IMG/VR virus record: IMGVR_UViG_3300020429_000539
Span: 236,263-300,262 of that record
From: a virus
Lineage: Duplodnaviria; Heunggongvirae; Uroviricota; Caudoviricetes
Direction: 5' to 3' (one strand)
Length of the DNA stretch: 64,000 bases
Shown here in pieces: positions 10,020-19,235 of this stretch. The number at the start of each line of letters is the position of its first letter. The first letter of the stretch is position 1. Below the pieces are notes generated by a model. The model did not search any database, had not been told where the DNA came from, and saw only the letters and a program-made list of their open reading frames with translations. The position numbers and the translations under genes are program-made.

Positions 10020-10420
10020 TGCATTTATGCAGGTAACTAAGTTAGACTTTTATAAATAAATAATCTAATAAATAAGCCATTTTGGGCCAATTCTGACCAG
10101 CTTTTGCCAAATTCTCGACTGTCTTTGTAAGATTTTACAAAGCTGACTGGTAGTATACCACAACATATAGTGGCATACAAACTAAAGAGCCACTAATCGG
10201 TCGAGAATTACGCAAAAATGGCTAATGTCTTTTATTATAATAATATTATAAATAACTAGTGCTAGCTATTTGCCAAATTCCTGACTATTCAGCCATATTT
10301 TGCTAACATATACCTAATATATTAGCTTTTTGCAAGATTTTCGGTCGAGGATTTGAAAGAAATGGCACGAAATGGCATAATAAGCCTAACTTATTATTAG
10401 ATAAGTTTAGTTTTGTTGCC
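10020..10420. repeat. AT-rich intergenic region with direct and inverted iteron-like repeats (candidate replication origin)
   Basis: (TTT)GCCAAATTC-(T/C)-GAC units at 10086, 10102 and 10269; reversed units at 10199 and 10343; flanking inverted ATCTAATAA(A)TAAG at 10063/10390. Confidence 0.55.
10158..10173. promoter_or_regulatory. NrdR-box-like site
   Basis: CCACAACATATAGTGG matches the acaCwAtATaTwGtg consensus; only one copy seen. Confidence 0.5.
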
Positions 10421-10424
10421 ATTA

Positions 10425-10631
10425 CTAGCAGTCTAGATTATCGAAATCATTTGGGTCAGGCTCGTCAGGCACTTCCTCTGGCTTGACAAGAGAGTCCTGC
10501 CTTGGGTTTGCAAGGCGGTTCAGTGCCTCTATTGCCCTGAAGTGCCTGTTGTAATCACTCCAACACCCGCTGGGATTGGAGAGTTTGTTTACGAGGATAG
10601 CTGCCAGTATTTCTCTAGGTATGTCTGCCAT
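10425..10631 (-). CDS. small hypothetical protein
   Basis: 68-aa ORF directly preceded by the AGG-N19-GAA motif (10665-10641). Confidence 0.6.
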   Translation of the reverse strand: MADIPREILAAILVNKLSNPSGCWSDYNRHFRAIEALNRLANPRQDSLVKPEEVPDEPDPNDFDNLDC

Positions 10632-10714
10632 AATTGTAAGTTCACTCGTTTGTTGTCTAAATCCTTGTTGAGTGAAATCCCGAGTACCCCATTCTCGGTA
10701 CGCCGATTCTCTAG

Positions 10715-11300
10715 ATACATAGCGATATCAGGAATCGTCTCCCTAGATATCGCGAACTGTAAAGCGGGTTGAGACCAACAATGGTGTGTTACGAACCAAA
10801 CTGGACTGCTTGTTCATTAGCATCCGCCATCTTTGCGGAAAATGAAAGGTTCTCGCGAGAGAACAGTGCGCTATATGCTTGGACGATTCAAGCGTGGCGT
10901 CTTCCTGTCTGTGTATTCAGACTAGCCCCGTAAGAACTTCTGGCAACTCTTCATTCTTACGGTAAAGCGAAAAGAAGCGGTGACTGGCTGAAAGCTGGGC
11001 AAAACCGACTAGAAAAAACCAGGCCCAGCTCCTTGCTTCCTTTGAACAAGGAGATTTCTTCAGCCGTTCTGCGCTCTCTTTTTTGAGTTTGTGCATTCGG
11101 CTGAAGAGTTGCCCTCTGCTTAGGTGGCTTGGCCCATTCGGTAGCTTGAAAAACAAAAAACAAAAACCCGGATGGATTTGCTCTGAACTGGATCGCGAAG
11201 CGAGACAGTTGCGGAACGAAGTGACGCTTACTCAATCTGGTCATTAGAACAAAAGAACAGATGAAGAAGCGATGTCAAAAGCGTTTTGACATCTATCAGT
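10715..11300 (+). ncRNA. candidate large structured ncRNA (~600 nt)
   Basis: no credible ORF; about 11 consecutive hairpins including a GCGA tetraloop (10849-10864); GCCGAT -10-like element at 10702. Confidence 0.55.
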
Positions 11301-11394
11301 CTGAAACAAATGCTCCGACAATGGGAAGGTCTATCTGCACATAAAAGAGGAATGCTCGAACAGGTCGATGAAATATCATCTGGAGGATACCTAT

Positions 11395-11604
11395 ATGGCA
11401 GAAGAACAGTTTGACAAACAGTATGGAATCGACAGAAGAACAAAAGTCCGAGGGCTCGGAAGTAACTCTCCGGATGCAATCGATTGGGATGCGCTCATTA
11501 ACGCAGGTCTAGGACAATCGAATAGACCAAACCAGCCTGAACAGACAATTCTCGGACTGGCGAATCGGCAACAGTCTGATACCAAACAGGCACCAATAGA
11601 GTAA
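11395..11604 (+). CDS. small hypothetical protein
   Basis: GGAGG RBS then ATG 11395. Confidence 0.6.
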   Translation: MAEEQFDKQYGIDRRTKVRGLGSNSPDAIDWDALINAGLGQSNRPNQPEQTILGLANRQQSDTKQAPIE

Positions 11605-11676
11605 CCACATACAATAGGGCTCTGGCTCCGTGTATCTGTCAGGTGAAGAATCATTCGCCTACAATACGAGGATACC

Positions 11677-13593
11677 ATGAGCCGTGAAATCGATCAGCTT
11701 GTCGAAACTCTCAAAACTGCCTGTGATGAGTACTACTTGCATGGCAGGTCGTCTCTGTCTGATGCAGAATACGACAAGCTTGTCGAGAGGCTTGAAGAAC
11801 TAGACCGTGACCACCCGTTCCTTCTTTCTGTTGGAACGGCTATGCCTACAGACTCGGCGCTGACAAAGGTTCAGCATGAAATCCCAATGGGTTCTCTCAA
11901 GAAGATTACTCATGACGAGGGACCAAAGGCATTTGCTACATGGCTCAAGAGTGTTGAGGTTGTTACAGGTCAGAATCCTCGACTTTCTGTTCAGCACAAG
12001 CTTGATGGTTCAAGTATTGCTTTGACATACAGGGAGGGTCGCCTTGTTCGTGCTGCTACTCGTGGAGATGGTACGGAAGGCGAAGATGTTACGCACAACA
12101 TTGTCAAAGCAAGACAAGTCCCGCTGACAATCGCGCAGAAGGGCACAGTTCATGTGCGAGGGGAAATTATTCTCCCGTTGGCCGTTTGGCAGAAGCATTT
12201 GTCTGAAGAAACAGCTAACCCTCGCAATGCGGGTGCTGGTCTTGTCCGTCGAACAGATGGACGGAATGCAAGCCTGTTGCACTTCTTCGCTTTTGACCTC
12301 GTTATTGAAGGCGATGCGCCAATCAACTCCGTGCAACAACAAATCGCAAGTTTGGAAGCTCTCGGGTTCAGGGCCGTTGAGACTCACGTTTTGAATCCTG
12401 ATGCGGTCCAGTCCTTTGTGGAGAAGGTCAATCAAGACCGACCGAACCTTGAGTATGAGATTGACGGTCTCGTGGTCAAGGTTGACAACCTTGAGCATCA
12501 GAAAAAGCTCGGCGACAACAAGGGTTTCCCTTACTGGGCTCGCGCGTGGAAACTGCCTGCTATGGGTGGTCACACTGTTCTTGAAAACGTGACTTGGAAC
12601 CTGCGCACCCGTGGCATGCTGGCTCCTACTGCTCATGTCAAGCCTGTTTCCGTTGGTGGCGTGACCATTACCAATGTGACTCTTCATAATGTCGCAGAAA
12701 TTGAGCGACTTGGAGTCAAGCTTGGCGATACTGTTGAGGTTATTCGCGCCGGCGATGTTATTCCCAAGATTGTTCGTGTTGTCAAGAAAGCTGATGACCG
12801 TCGAGACTTTGTTCCGGCGGAGTTCAATGGCAACAAGACCTACCGTGATGGGCCGATTCTCTACATGGAGAACTGGGAAGACACGGACGATATCAAGAAG
12901 CATCGTGTCCGCAAGTGGATTCAGAAGCGGAACATCTTGAACATCGGCGACTCGGTTCTCGATTCGCTGTGGGAAGCTGGTGTTGTTCGTAGCGTCTTTG
13001 ACCTCTACTTCCTGACCATCGACAAGTTCAAGCAGGCAGGAGTGGGAGAAGGCATTGCTCGTCGTATTCTGCCTGAGATTGACAAGTCTCGGAAGTGTTC
13101 GATGGCTGACCTTGTGGGCTCCCTTAGCATTGACCTGCTTGGTCGTCGCCAGGCGGAGATTATTTGGCGAGAGCTTGATGTCTCAACGCTTGACGACTGG
13201 AAGAACTTGACCCTCCACGAGCTTGCAGATGCGCCAGGTTTTGGTTCCACCAAAGCTGGTCGCATCATGACGAGTCTCGTCAATCATCTCGATGAAATCA
13301 AGGCTCTCCATGACATCTTCGAGATTGATACGACACGGGCACCCAGGCAGCCGCAAGGCAAGCCTTCGGGTAAGCTCGGTGGCAAGTCGTTTTGTTTTAC
13401 GGGCAAGATGTCTCGCCCGCGTGCAGAGCTTGAATCCAAGGTTGTCGCCAACGGCGGGTCGGTTGCTAGCGTGAGCAAGGGGTTGAACTACCTCGTCATT
13501 GCAGACCCCTCAAGCACTTCGAGCAAGGCTGTCAAGGCACGCAAGCTTGGTGTGGAGCTGATTTCCGAAGACGAGTTCATGAGCATGATCTGA
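11677..13593 (+). CDS. ligA: NAD-dependent DNA ligase
   Basis: SDAEYD, HEIPMGSL, KLDG adenylation motif, TRGDGTEGEDVT, YEIDGLVVK, OB fold RAGDVIP, HhH and BRCT; TACAAT -10 upstream. Confidence 0.95.
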   Translation: MSREIDQLVETLKTACDEYYLHGRSSLSDAEYDKLVERLEELDRDHPFLLSVGTAMPTDSALTKVQHEIPMGSLKKITHDEGPKAFATWLKSVEVVTGQNPRLSVQHKLDGSSIALTYREGRLVRAATRGDGTEGEDVTHNIVKARQVPLTIAQKGTVHVRGEIILPLAVWQKHLSEETANPRNAGAGLVRRTDGRNASLLHFFAFDLVIEGDAPINSVQQQIASLEALGFRAVETHVLNPDAVQSFVEKVNQDRPNLEYEIDGLVVKVDNLEHQKKLGDNKGFPYWARAWKLPAMGGHTVLENVTWNLRTRGMLAPTAHVKPVSVGGVTITNVTLHNVAEIERLGVKLGDTVEVIRAGDVIPKIVRVVKKADDRRDFVPAEFNGNKTYRDGPILYMENWEDTDDIKKHRVRKWIQKRNILNIGDSVLDSLWEAGVVRSVFDLYFLTIDKFKQAGVGEGIARRILPEIDKSRKCSMADLVGSLSIDLLGRRQAEIIWRELDVSTLDDWKNLTLHELADAPGFGSTKAGRIMTSLVNHLDEIKALHDIFEIDTTRAPRQPQGKPSGKLGGKSFCFTGKMSRPRAELESKVVANGGSVASVSKGLNYLVIADPSSTSSKAVKARKLGVELISEDEFMSMI

Positions 13594-13823
13594 TGCCCAG
13601 AGACAAGTTTTACAACGAAATACATATTGTTCGCTCAGCGCTTTCGGAGGATTGGTCATCTCGCGATGATCTGATTCGCGAAACAGGTCTTGATGGCTAT
13701 GCGCTGAGCCTATCCCTTAGACACCTTGTTGCGACTGGCCGCGTTGAGTCAGAGAACGCTGTTGCCAGAACAAAGAAGGGTCGCAAAACAAAGGGGTGGA
13801 GGCTGAAGGCCTCTACAGGGTAG
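13593..13823 (+). CDS. small winged-HTH-like protein
   Basis: SRDDLIRETGL..LSLSLRHLVATGRV pattern; coupled to the ligA stop. Confidence 0.55.
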   Translation: MPRDKFYNEIHIVRSALSEDWSSRDDLIRETGLDGYALSLSLRHLVATGRVESENAVARTKKGRKTKGWRLKASTG

Positions 13824-13827
13824 CACA

Positions 13828-14037
13828 ATGCCAAAAGAAATCAGAACCGTTCGTGACCTCAAAGAGCGAATGAAAGATGGCGGCTATTATCTCAGCGAAA
13901 GCTTTGATGCGTGGTATCAGACGCCTGTTCCTGATTTCGATTATGCCACGCCCAAGGAGATGATGGATAATGCCGACTACGAACGACTGGGCGAACTGAT
14001 GGATTGGATTGAAGCAGGCAACCACGGTTCAGCCTAA
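13828..14037 (+). CDS. MbcA/ParS/Xre antitoxin C-terminal-like small protein
   Basis: WYQTPVPDFDYATPKEMM resembles the W..tP..l.g.tP.el motif; no toxin adjacent. Confidence 0.55.
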   Translation: MPKEIRTVRDLKERMKDGGYYLSESFDAWYQTPVPDFDYATPKEMMDNADYERLGELMDWIEAGNHGSA

Positions 14038-14054
14038 AACCGTCTCCTCCACTA

Positions 14055-14093
14055 GGCCTCCGTCTGCGGCATCGTCGCGGGCGGAGGCTTTTT
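14055..14093 (+). terminator. intrinsic terminator
   Basis: GGCCTCCGTCTGCGGC / GTCGCGGGCGGAGGC stem followed by TTTTT. Confidence 0.8.
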
Positions 14094-14376
14094 CGTGCGC
14101 AGATGCAAGTGAAACAGCGGATTGCTACAATGTCTTGGACGAAAGGAAGATTAATGTTGCAAAAAGGAGCCGGACCATGTTGTAACGTATTTAGTAATTA
14201 TGTTTTAATGCTATTGATAGACGGTCATGCAGTACGCTTCCTGTGAAGGGAAAACCAAAGTGCAGCTTTGCTCGTGGTAATAAAGATTAGAAGAGCATCT
14301 GCCCTGGCAAACATTGATAGCCTAGCCGTGCGACTCGGCCAAGCAGGCGGCGTGATCTGGAACCAAACCTGCATAC

Positions 14377-14406
14377 TATAGCGGCCCCATACGTGGGGTC
14401 GCTATA
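14377..14406. terminator. terminator hairpin downstream of the minus-strand ORF
   Basis: TATAGCGGCCCCA-TACG-TGGGGTCGCTATA. Confidence 0.65.
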
Positions 14407-14408
14407 TT

Positions 14409-14693
14409 TTAAGTAATGTTGATAGGAGCGACGCTTTCGATATTGCCATCTTCGTCGCGCATAACTATAGCTATTTTGCCGCCTGCAATTTCTACGTCAC
14501 GCACCAGTGCTAGTATGTGAACTGCTTTTCCAATAGTATTGGCATCATGACATTCATAATACCTAGAAAGGCCTTCTATGAGTAAGCGGTGTTTATCATT
14601 GATATGAAGTTTGATATAATAGAGTTTTTCTTCGCAAGAATCAGTCCTTCTTCTTCGTGTCATGGAATGGATTAGACTGAACAGCCTTTTCAT
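14409..14693 (-). CDS. small hypothetical protein, possibly ribbon-helix-helix-like
   Basis: 94-aa ORF with AGG-N19-GAATA upstream (14728-14702). Confidence 0.6.
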   Translation of the reverse strand: MKRLFSLIHSMTRRRRTDSCEEKLYYIKLHINDKHRLLIEGLSRYYECHDANTIGKAVHILALVRDVEIAGGKIAIVMRDEDGNIESVAPINIT

Positions 14694-14792
14694 TCTTGCA
14701 TTATTCTCGTTTTTGCGACCACTGTCCTTGGTGAAATGTTTGTAAAGGCGGCAAGGTTCTGCCGATATCTTGGTAGATATTGGAGGAACTGT

Positions 14793-15128
14793 ATGGAATA
14801 TATATCCGAAGAAAAGGCGGAGATGTGTGCCGTTTCTGGCCTTATCGAGTTCGCCAGAGTCTATGAGCAGCGATTCGCCCTCGGAGAAATAAGCGAAACT
14901 GAAGCCTGCGACTACCGAGCTAAGCTTGTTGAAGGTTTGCTCTGGATTATTTACAAAGAGCGTCGCAATGATATTCCTATTTCAACTCCTGATAGCGAGA
15001 TGACAAACAGAGAACTCGTCAATTTCATTCACGATGAAGCTCTTGCTCACTATGCTCAAGAAAATCCGCTTTATCTATCCGAGTCTTGGGACGGGAAATA
15101 TGAGATAGCGGAAGACGATATTTTCTAA
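14793..15128 (+). CDS. hypothetical protein
   Basis: GGAGG RBS; TAAA-N14-GCCGATAT sigma28-like promoter at 14743-14768. Confidence 0.7.
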   Translation: MEYISEEKAEMCAVSGLIEFARVYEQRFALGEISETEACDYRAKLVEGLLWIIYKERRNDIPISTPDSEMTNRELVNFIHDEALAHYAQENPLYLSESWDGKYEIAEDDIF

Positions 15129-15184
15129 ACAATTGCAAGGAACTCCAATCGAATCTTTGTAAAAGAAACGATAGGAGTATCTAC

Positions 15185-15445
15185 ATGGCTTGGTATCGTC
15201 AAATCAAAGCACAGTTAGCGGATGGTATGCCAGACCCTCAGGCTGGACCTTCAAGCGATAGAACAGAGCGATATCGTGGCATCATGGTTTACGAGGTTAA
15301 CGTCCCCGCTAACCCCGACCAGAGCCAAGAGCAAGAGGCTGCAAATGATGCAGCCCGCGAACTTTATCAAAGAGTCTGGAATCTTGTAGGCGATGAAGTT
15401 CCAGACTACGATATGCCTAACAAGGCCCCTGTCGCGCGTTTCTAA
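15185..15445 (+). CDS. putative virion internal protein (MAWYRQIKAQ leader)
   Basis: AGGAG RBS; AGG-N18-GTA motif upstream; WY..KAQ leader. Confidence 0.65.
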   Translation: MAWYRQIKAQLADGMPDPQAGPSSDRTERYRGIMVYEVNVPANPDQSQEQEAANDAARELYQRVWNLVGDEVPDYDMPNKAPVARF

Positions 15446-16116
15446 GGCTCAAGAATAACTATTGCTTCATAGGCACGGTCGATGACCGTGTTTTTCTTCG
15501 ATAGTTTGGCAGCAAATTTCCTCACGCTTTGAGATGAAAACTCGTGGCATGAGGCCCTGTAGGTTTGTTTGGGGTTTCTGTTGATGGGAATAGTGGCAAC
15601 TGTCTTATTCCCTATCTTCATTGCTCTGACAACTTCCATGAACGGACAGTAGCAGTGTTCAAGGTAATCAAAAAAGAATACAACATCAAACCGATTGTCA
15701 CTGGAAACATTTTTCATTGAGCCATAAACAAGCTTACTATTCCAATCTTCTCGGAATCTTTTATGAGTTGTTAGGCCTGTATAATCATAGATTTCTAGGT
15801 GACTATCAAGACTTCCGTCAATTGCATCAGCTTCTAGTATTCGATTACCTGCGTTGGCGTATTTTTTGACTATAACGCTTCTTTCTTTGTTTTCGTTTTT
15901 GCGTCTTTCAAAGAAAGATTGAGTCGGTGAGTTTTGAACAAACTCTCGGTTAACCTTTTCCATCCGCATGAGATAACGTCGCCGCTGTTCTGCGATTTTG
16001 ATTTCGTCAAACCCATTGAATATATGTTGACATCTTTGACATTGCAGATACAGATAAAAATGTATCCGAAGGTCTTTGACTTCTTTGTTTTTACAAATTG
16101 GGCATTGATGGTTCAC
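15442..16116 (-). CDS. Zn-ribbon plus degenerate class I SAM-methyltransferase-like protein
   Basis: CPIC..CQRC, RILEADAIDG, FDVVFFFDYLEHC. Confidence 0.7.
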   Translation of the reverse strand: MNHQCPICKNKEVKDLRIHFYLYLQCQRCQHIFNGFDEIKIAEQRRRYLMRMEKVNREFVQNSPTQSFFERRKNENKERSVIVKKYANAGNRILEADAIDGSLDSHLEIYDYTGLTTHKRFREDWNSKLVYGSMKNVSSDNRFDVVFFFDYLEHCYCPFMEVVRAMKIGNKTVATIPINRNPKQTYRASCHEFSSQSVRKFAAKLSKKNTVIDRAYEAIVILEP

Positions 16117-16130
16117 AATGCATTTATCGG

Positions 16131-16742
16131 CTAGGAAAGTTTTATAGCGTTACAGAGAATTTCTTCTGAGGAAGCGGACGCCATATACCATCCAAGAGGG
16201 CCAGATGCAACGCAGTTACGAATAGCTTCCGTATACTGGTCAAGCCAGTTTTGCCTTTGAGTCGCGGAGGCCTTATGCAGATTCTTTCTTTCAAGCTTGA
16301 GCTTCTCAGAGACTTTTGTTTCTGCATCTTTTCGAAGTTCCTTGAATTCCTCAACCGAGTCCGTAACTGGTCCCCAGTGAAGAAGTTTGTCGTCTTTAGA
16401 TATGGCCCAGTAGTCTACTCTAAAGCCAGCGCTTTTGACGAACTTCTTAGTAAACGCGACTGCAAGAGGATTGAAGCCTTCTTCCTCTAGCTCGCTTGTT
16501 TTAATTGCGAATGGTCCGGTTGGTCCTTTTTCGATTGCCAACAAGTCACCCGAGTCAAAATCACAAGTTACCAGAATGTCGATATCTTTGATGGAAGAGG
16601 TTTTATCCGCTATGTTTTCAGCCAAAGAGCCCCAGGCGAATACGCCATTGACACCATCGATCGCAGCAACTTCTGCGGCTGCCTTCTCTATACTAGGCAG
16701 CACGCTTCCGATTGTTGGCAAGGCTCTTTGGTACCATCTCAT
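16131..16742 (-). CDS. minimal nucleotidyltransferase-domain protein with MRWYQRA leader
   Basis: VFAWGSLA..KDIDILV (GS-x-DxD). Confidence 0.7.
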   Translation of the reverse strand: MRWYQRALPTIGSVLPSIEKAAAEVAAIDGVNGVFAWGSLAENIADKTSSIKDIDILVTCDFDSGDLLAIEKGPTGPFAIKTSELEEEGFNPLAVAFTKKFVKSAGFRVDYWAISKDDKLLHWGPVTDSVEEFKELRKDAETKVSEKLKLERKNLHKASATQRQNWLDQYTEAIRNCVASGPLGWYMASASSEEILCNAIKLS

Positions 16743-16858
16743 AACTGTTACTTCTCAAAACGTAAAAAAGATACCTTCTTTCACACGTTTGTCAGGATAA
16801 ATAAAAACTGCAAGTGCTAACTAAGTTATGTAGTCTATCGACAACACACGGAGCAATC

Positions 16859-17419
16859 ATGACAGCAAAGAAAACCAGACCAGATTCGTTTCAGCCGACC
16901 ATTAACGCCATAGCTAAGCGACAACCTGTTATCGATGAACTTATTCATGTCATCCGACAAGAGATGCAACTCCTAAAGGACCATCCGCTTTTCTCTCCTC
17001 CGCAACAGCTTGTAAACTGGGTTGAAGAGCATATTCGAGACCATCTGGTCGTTCGTCGTCGCTTTCAACTGTTCACTAAAAAGATAGAAGGAAAAGACCC
17101 GCAAAAACTTGCTGAGGCTGAGTATCTGAAAATAGATGAAGAATTCATGGAAATCATGACCATGTGCGCTCGCATTACAGATAGGTGGAACATGATTAGC
17201 GAAGAGCTTAATGCCTGGAGAGAAGACATGGATAGGATGACTGATATGTTTATTGAAGACTCGATGGAAGATTCTGAAGATTCCGCATATAAGGAATACC
17301 TGTCTAGCTCCAAATACGATGACCAAGACTATGATGACTACGGGGATGATGAATGGAGTGAAGGGTTTGACACCGAAGACTTCTATGCCGATGAAGATGA
17401 GGACTACAATTTTGAGTAA
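16859..17419 (+). CDS. hypothetical helical protein with very acidic tail
   Basis: GGAG RBS, ATG 16859. Confidence 0.7.
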   Translation: MTAKKTRPDSFQPTINAIAKRQPVIDELIHVIRQEMQLLKDHPLFSPPQQLVNWVEEHIRDHLVVRRRFQLFTKKIEGKDPQKLAEAEYLKIDEEFMEIMTMCARITDRWNMISEELNAWREDMDRMTDMFIEDSMEDSEDSAYKEYLSSSKYDDQDYDDYGDDEWSEGFDTEDFYADEDEDYNFE

Positions 17420-17429
17420 GGCATAGACG

Positions 17430-18218
17430 ATGAGGCAATACCACGAACTGTTACAGCATATTTTAGACAAAGGAGTGAACAAAACAGACAGAACAGGCAC
17501 AGGCACTCTGGCTGTTTTTGGCTACCAGATGAGATTTGACCTCAGCGAAGGCTTTCCTCTGCTCACTACCAAAAAGCTTCACACGAGAAGCATCTTTCAC
17601 GAGCTACTTTGGTTCTTGAATGGCGATACTAATGTCAAGTACCTTCAAGATAATGGAGTGAGCATCTGGGACGAATGGGCCGATGAGAATGGAGACCTTG
17701 GCCCAGTATATGGTCATCAATGGCGAAACTTTGGCGGCGAGGGTGGTGTTGACCAGATTGCAGAAGTTATTCACTCGATAAAGAAGAATCCAGACTCAAG
17801 ACGACATATAGTTACAGCATGGAATCCAAATGATGTACCCAAAATGGCCCTTCCTCCTTGTCATTGCCTTTATCAGTTCTACGTTGCAGATGGCAAGCTT
17901 TCTTGTCAACTCTACCAGCGAAGCTGTGATGTCTTCCTTGGGGTTCCATTCAATATAGCATCTTATTCGCTTCTGACACATATGGTAGCTCAGATTTGCG
18001 GTCTTGGTGTTGGCGATTTTGTTTGGACAGGTGGCGATGTCCATTTATACTCTAATCATCTTGACCAGGCTCGATTGCAGTTATCGCGAGAGCTTCGGCC
18101 ACTTCCAAAATTACGACTCAATCCAGAAGTCGAGTTTATTGACCGATTCACTATCGATGACATAGAAATCATCGACTATGACCCTCATCCTGCTATCAAG
18201 GCTGCCGTTGCTGTATGA
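17430..18218 (+). CDS. thyA: thymidylate synthase
   Basis: [36 protein letters not shown]. Confidence 0.97.
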   Translation: MRQYHELLQHILDKGVNKTDRTGTGTLAVFGYQMRFDLSEGFPLLTTKKLHTRSIFHELLWFLNGDTNVKYLQDNGVSIWDEWADENGDLGPVYGHQWRNFGGEGGVDQIAEVIHSIKKNPDSRRHIVTAWNPNDVPKMALPPCHCLYQFYVADGKLSCQLYQRSCDVFLGVPFNIASYSLLTHMVAQICGLGVGDFVWTGGDVHLYSNHLDQARLQLSRELRPLPKLRLNPEVEFIDRFTIDDIEIIDYDPHPAIKAAVAV

Positions 18219-18697
18219 TTGAGATAGTCGTTGCTGCTTCTGAGAATGGTGTGATAGGTAAAGAAGACTCTTTGCCGTGGAAGCAGCGTGCGGATATGCA
18301 GCGGTTTCGGCAAATAACGATGGGGCATCCTGTCATCATGGGACGAAAAACCTATGAATCAATACCTTCTGATCTAGAAGGTAGATATCAGGTTGTCCTA
18401 ACTCGTGACGCCAAATATTTTGTTAATGGCGAAACAATTGTTGCCCATAGTCCCGAAGAAGCTCTCGATGTGGCTTTAGATATTGATAATACTGTTTTCA
18501 TTATTGGAGGAGAAGAGGTTTATAATCTCTTTCTCGAAAAGGCAGATACGATTCACCTAACCAGGATTCACGCCGATATAGAAGGGGACGCTTTCTTTGA
18601 TGTTCCCGAAGACTGGATCCTGGTGGAGGACAATATGTATCCACCTGACAATAAGAATCAGTATGGCTACAGTTTCCAAATTTACAAAAGAGCTTGA
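18215..18697 (+). CDS. folA: dihydrofolate reductase
   Basis: IG...[21 protein letters not shown]. Confidence 0.95.
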   Translation: MIEIVVAASENGVIGKEDSLPWKQRADMQRFRQITMGHPVIMGRKTYESIPSDLEGRYQVVLTRDAKYFVNGETIVAHSPEEALDVALDIDNTVFIIGGEEVYNLFLEKADTIHLTRIHADIEGDAFFDVPEDWILVEDNMYPPDNKNQYGYSFQIYKRA

Positions 18698-18707
18698 AGG
18701 GGCGAAT

Positions 18708-19235
18708 ATGTTCATCCTGGCAGACCTTGAGGCAACATGCTGGGAAAATCATAACATGCCAGACTATAACGAAGTCATTGAAATCGGCTTCATTGTTTGC
18801 AATGTAAGAGGCGATGTTCTCGCGTCGTATGAATCTTTTGTCAAACCAGTTATTAATCCAAAGTTATCTAAGTTTTGCAAAAAACTAACTGGTATAAAGC
18901 AGAAACAAGTTCAATCAGCAAAGCTTCTCAAAGACGTAGTTATTGATATGACTGCATGGTTTGAGAAGGATTTTGCGATGGATTTACGAAAAGTAACTTG
19001 GGCATCTTGGGGAGACTGGGACCCGCTCTGTCTTTCAAGGGACTGCGAGCGGCATGAAATTGAGAGCCCTTTTGGTAAGCACTTGAATTTGCAACAGTTG
19101 TATGCAGACCTTCGAGACGTTACTACTAACTTACAGGACGCAGTTGAGCGAGAAGGCGGAACCTGGATTGGCCCCAGGCATAGGGCTCTTTCTGACGCAT
19201 CAAACTCCATGACCGTTGCACGAGTTCTTATATGA
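18708..19235 (+). CDS. DEDDh 3'-5' exonuclease (ERI-1/KapD-like)
   Basis: DLEATC, EVIEIG, LTGI, WGDWD, HRALSDA. Confidence 0.88.
   Translation: MFILADLEATCWENHNMPDYNEVIEIGFIVCNVRGDVLASYESFVKPVINPKLSKFCKKLTGIKQKQVQSAKLLKDVVIDMTAWFEKDFAMDLRKVTWASWGDWDPLCLSRDCERHEIESPFGKHLNLQQLYADLRDVTTNLQDAVEREGGTWIGPRHRALSDASNSMTVARVLI

Noticed and set aside
10020-10420. CRISPR array
   Set aside because: Repeats are short, degenerate and in both orientations, without regular spacers; no cas genes seen
11155-11180. RNase P RNA (ACAAAAACCCGG resembles its 3' motif)
   Set aside because: The 5' GAGGAAAGTCC motif is absent
10917-11244. Short minus-strand ORFs in the structured gap
   Set aside because: Mutually overlapping, atypical composition and no RBS; base-paired structure explains the region better
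12010-12903. Long antisense ORFs (also 54341-55213 and 58214-58924)
   Set aside because: Shadows of codon-biased + strand genes, with no motifs or RBS
14320-14345. Group II intron domain V (AGCCGTGCG..)
   Set aside because: Only a 4-bp hairpin; no domain V/VI geometry, interrupted gene or RT
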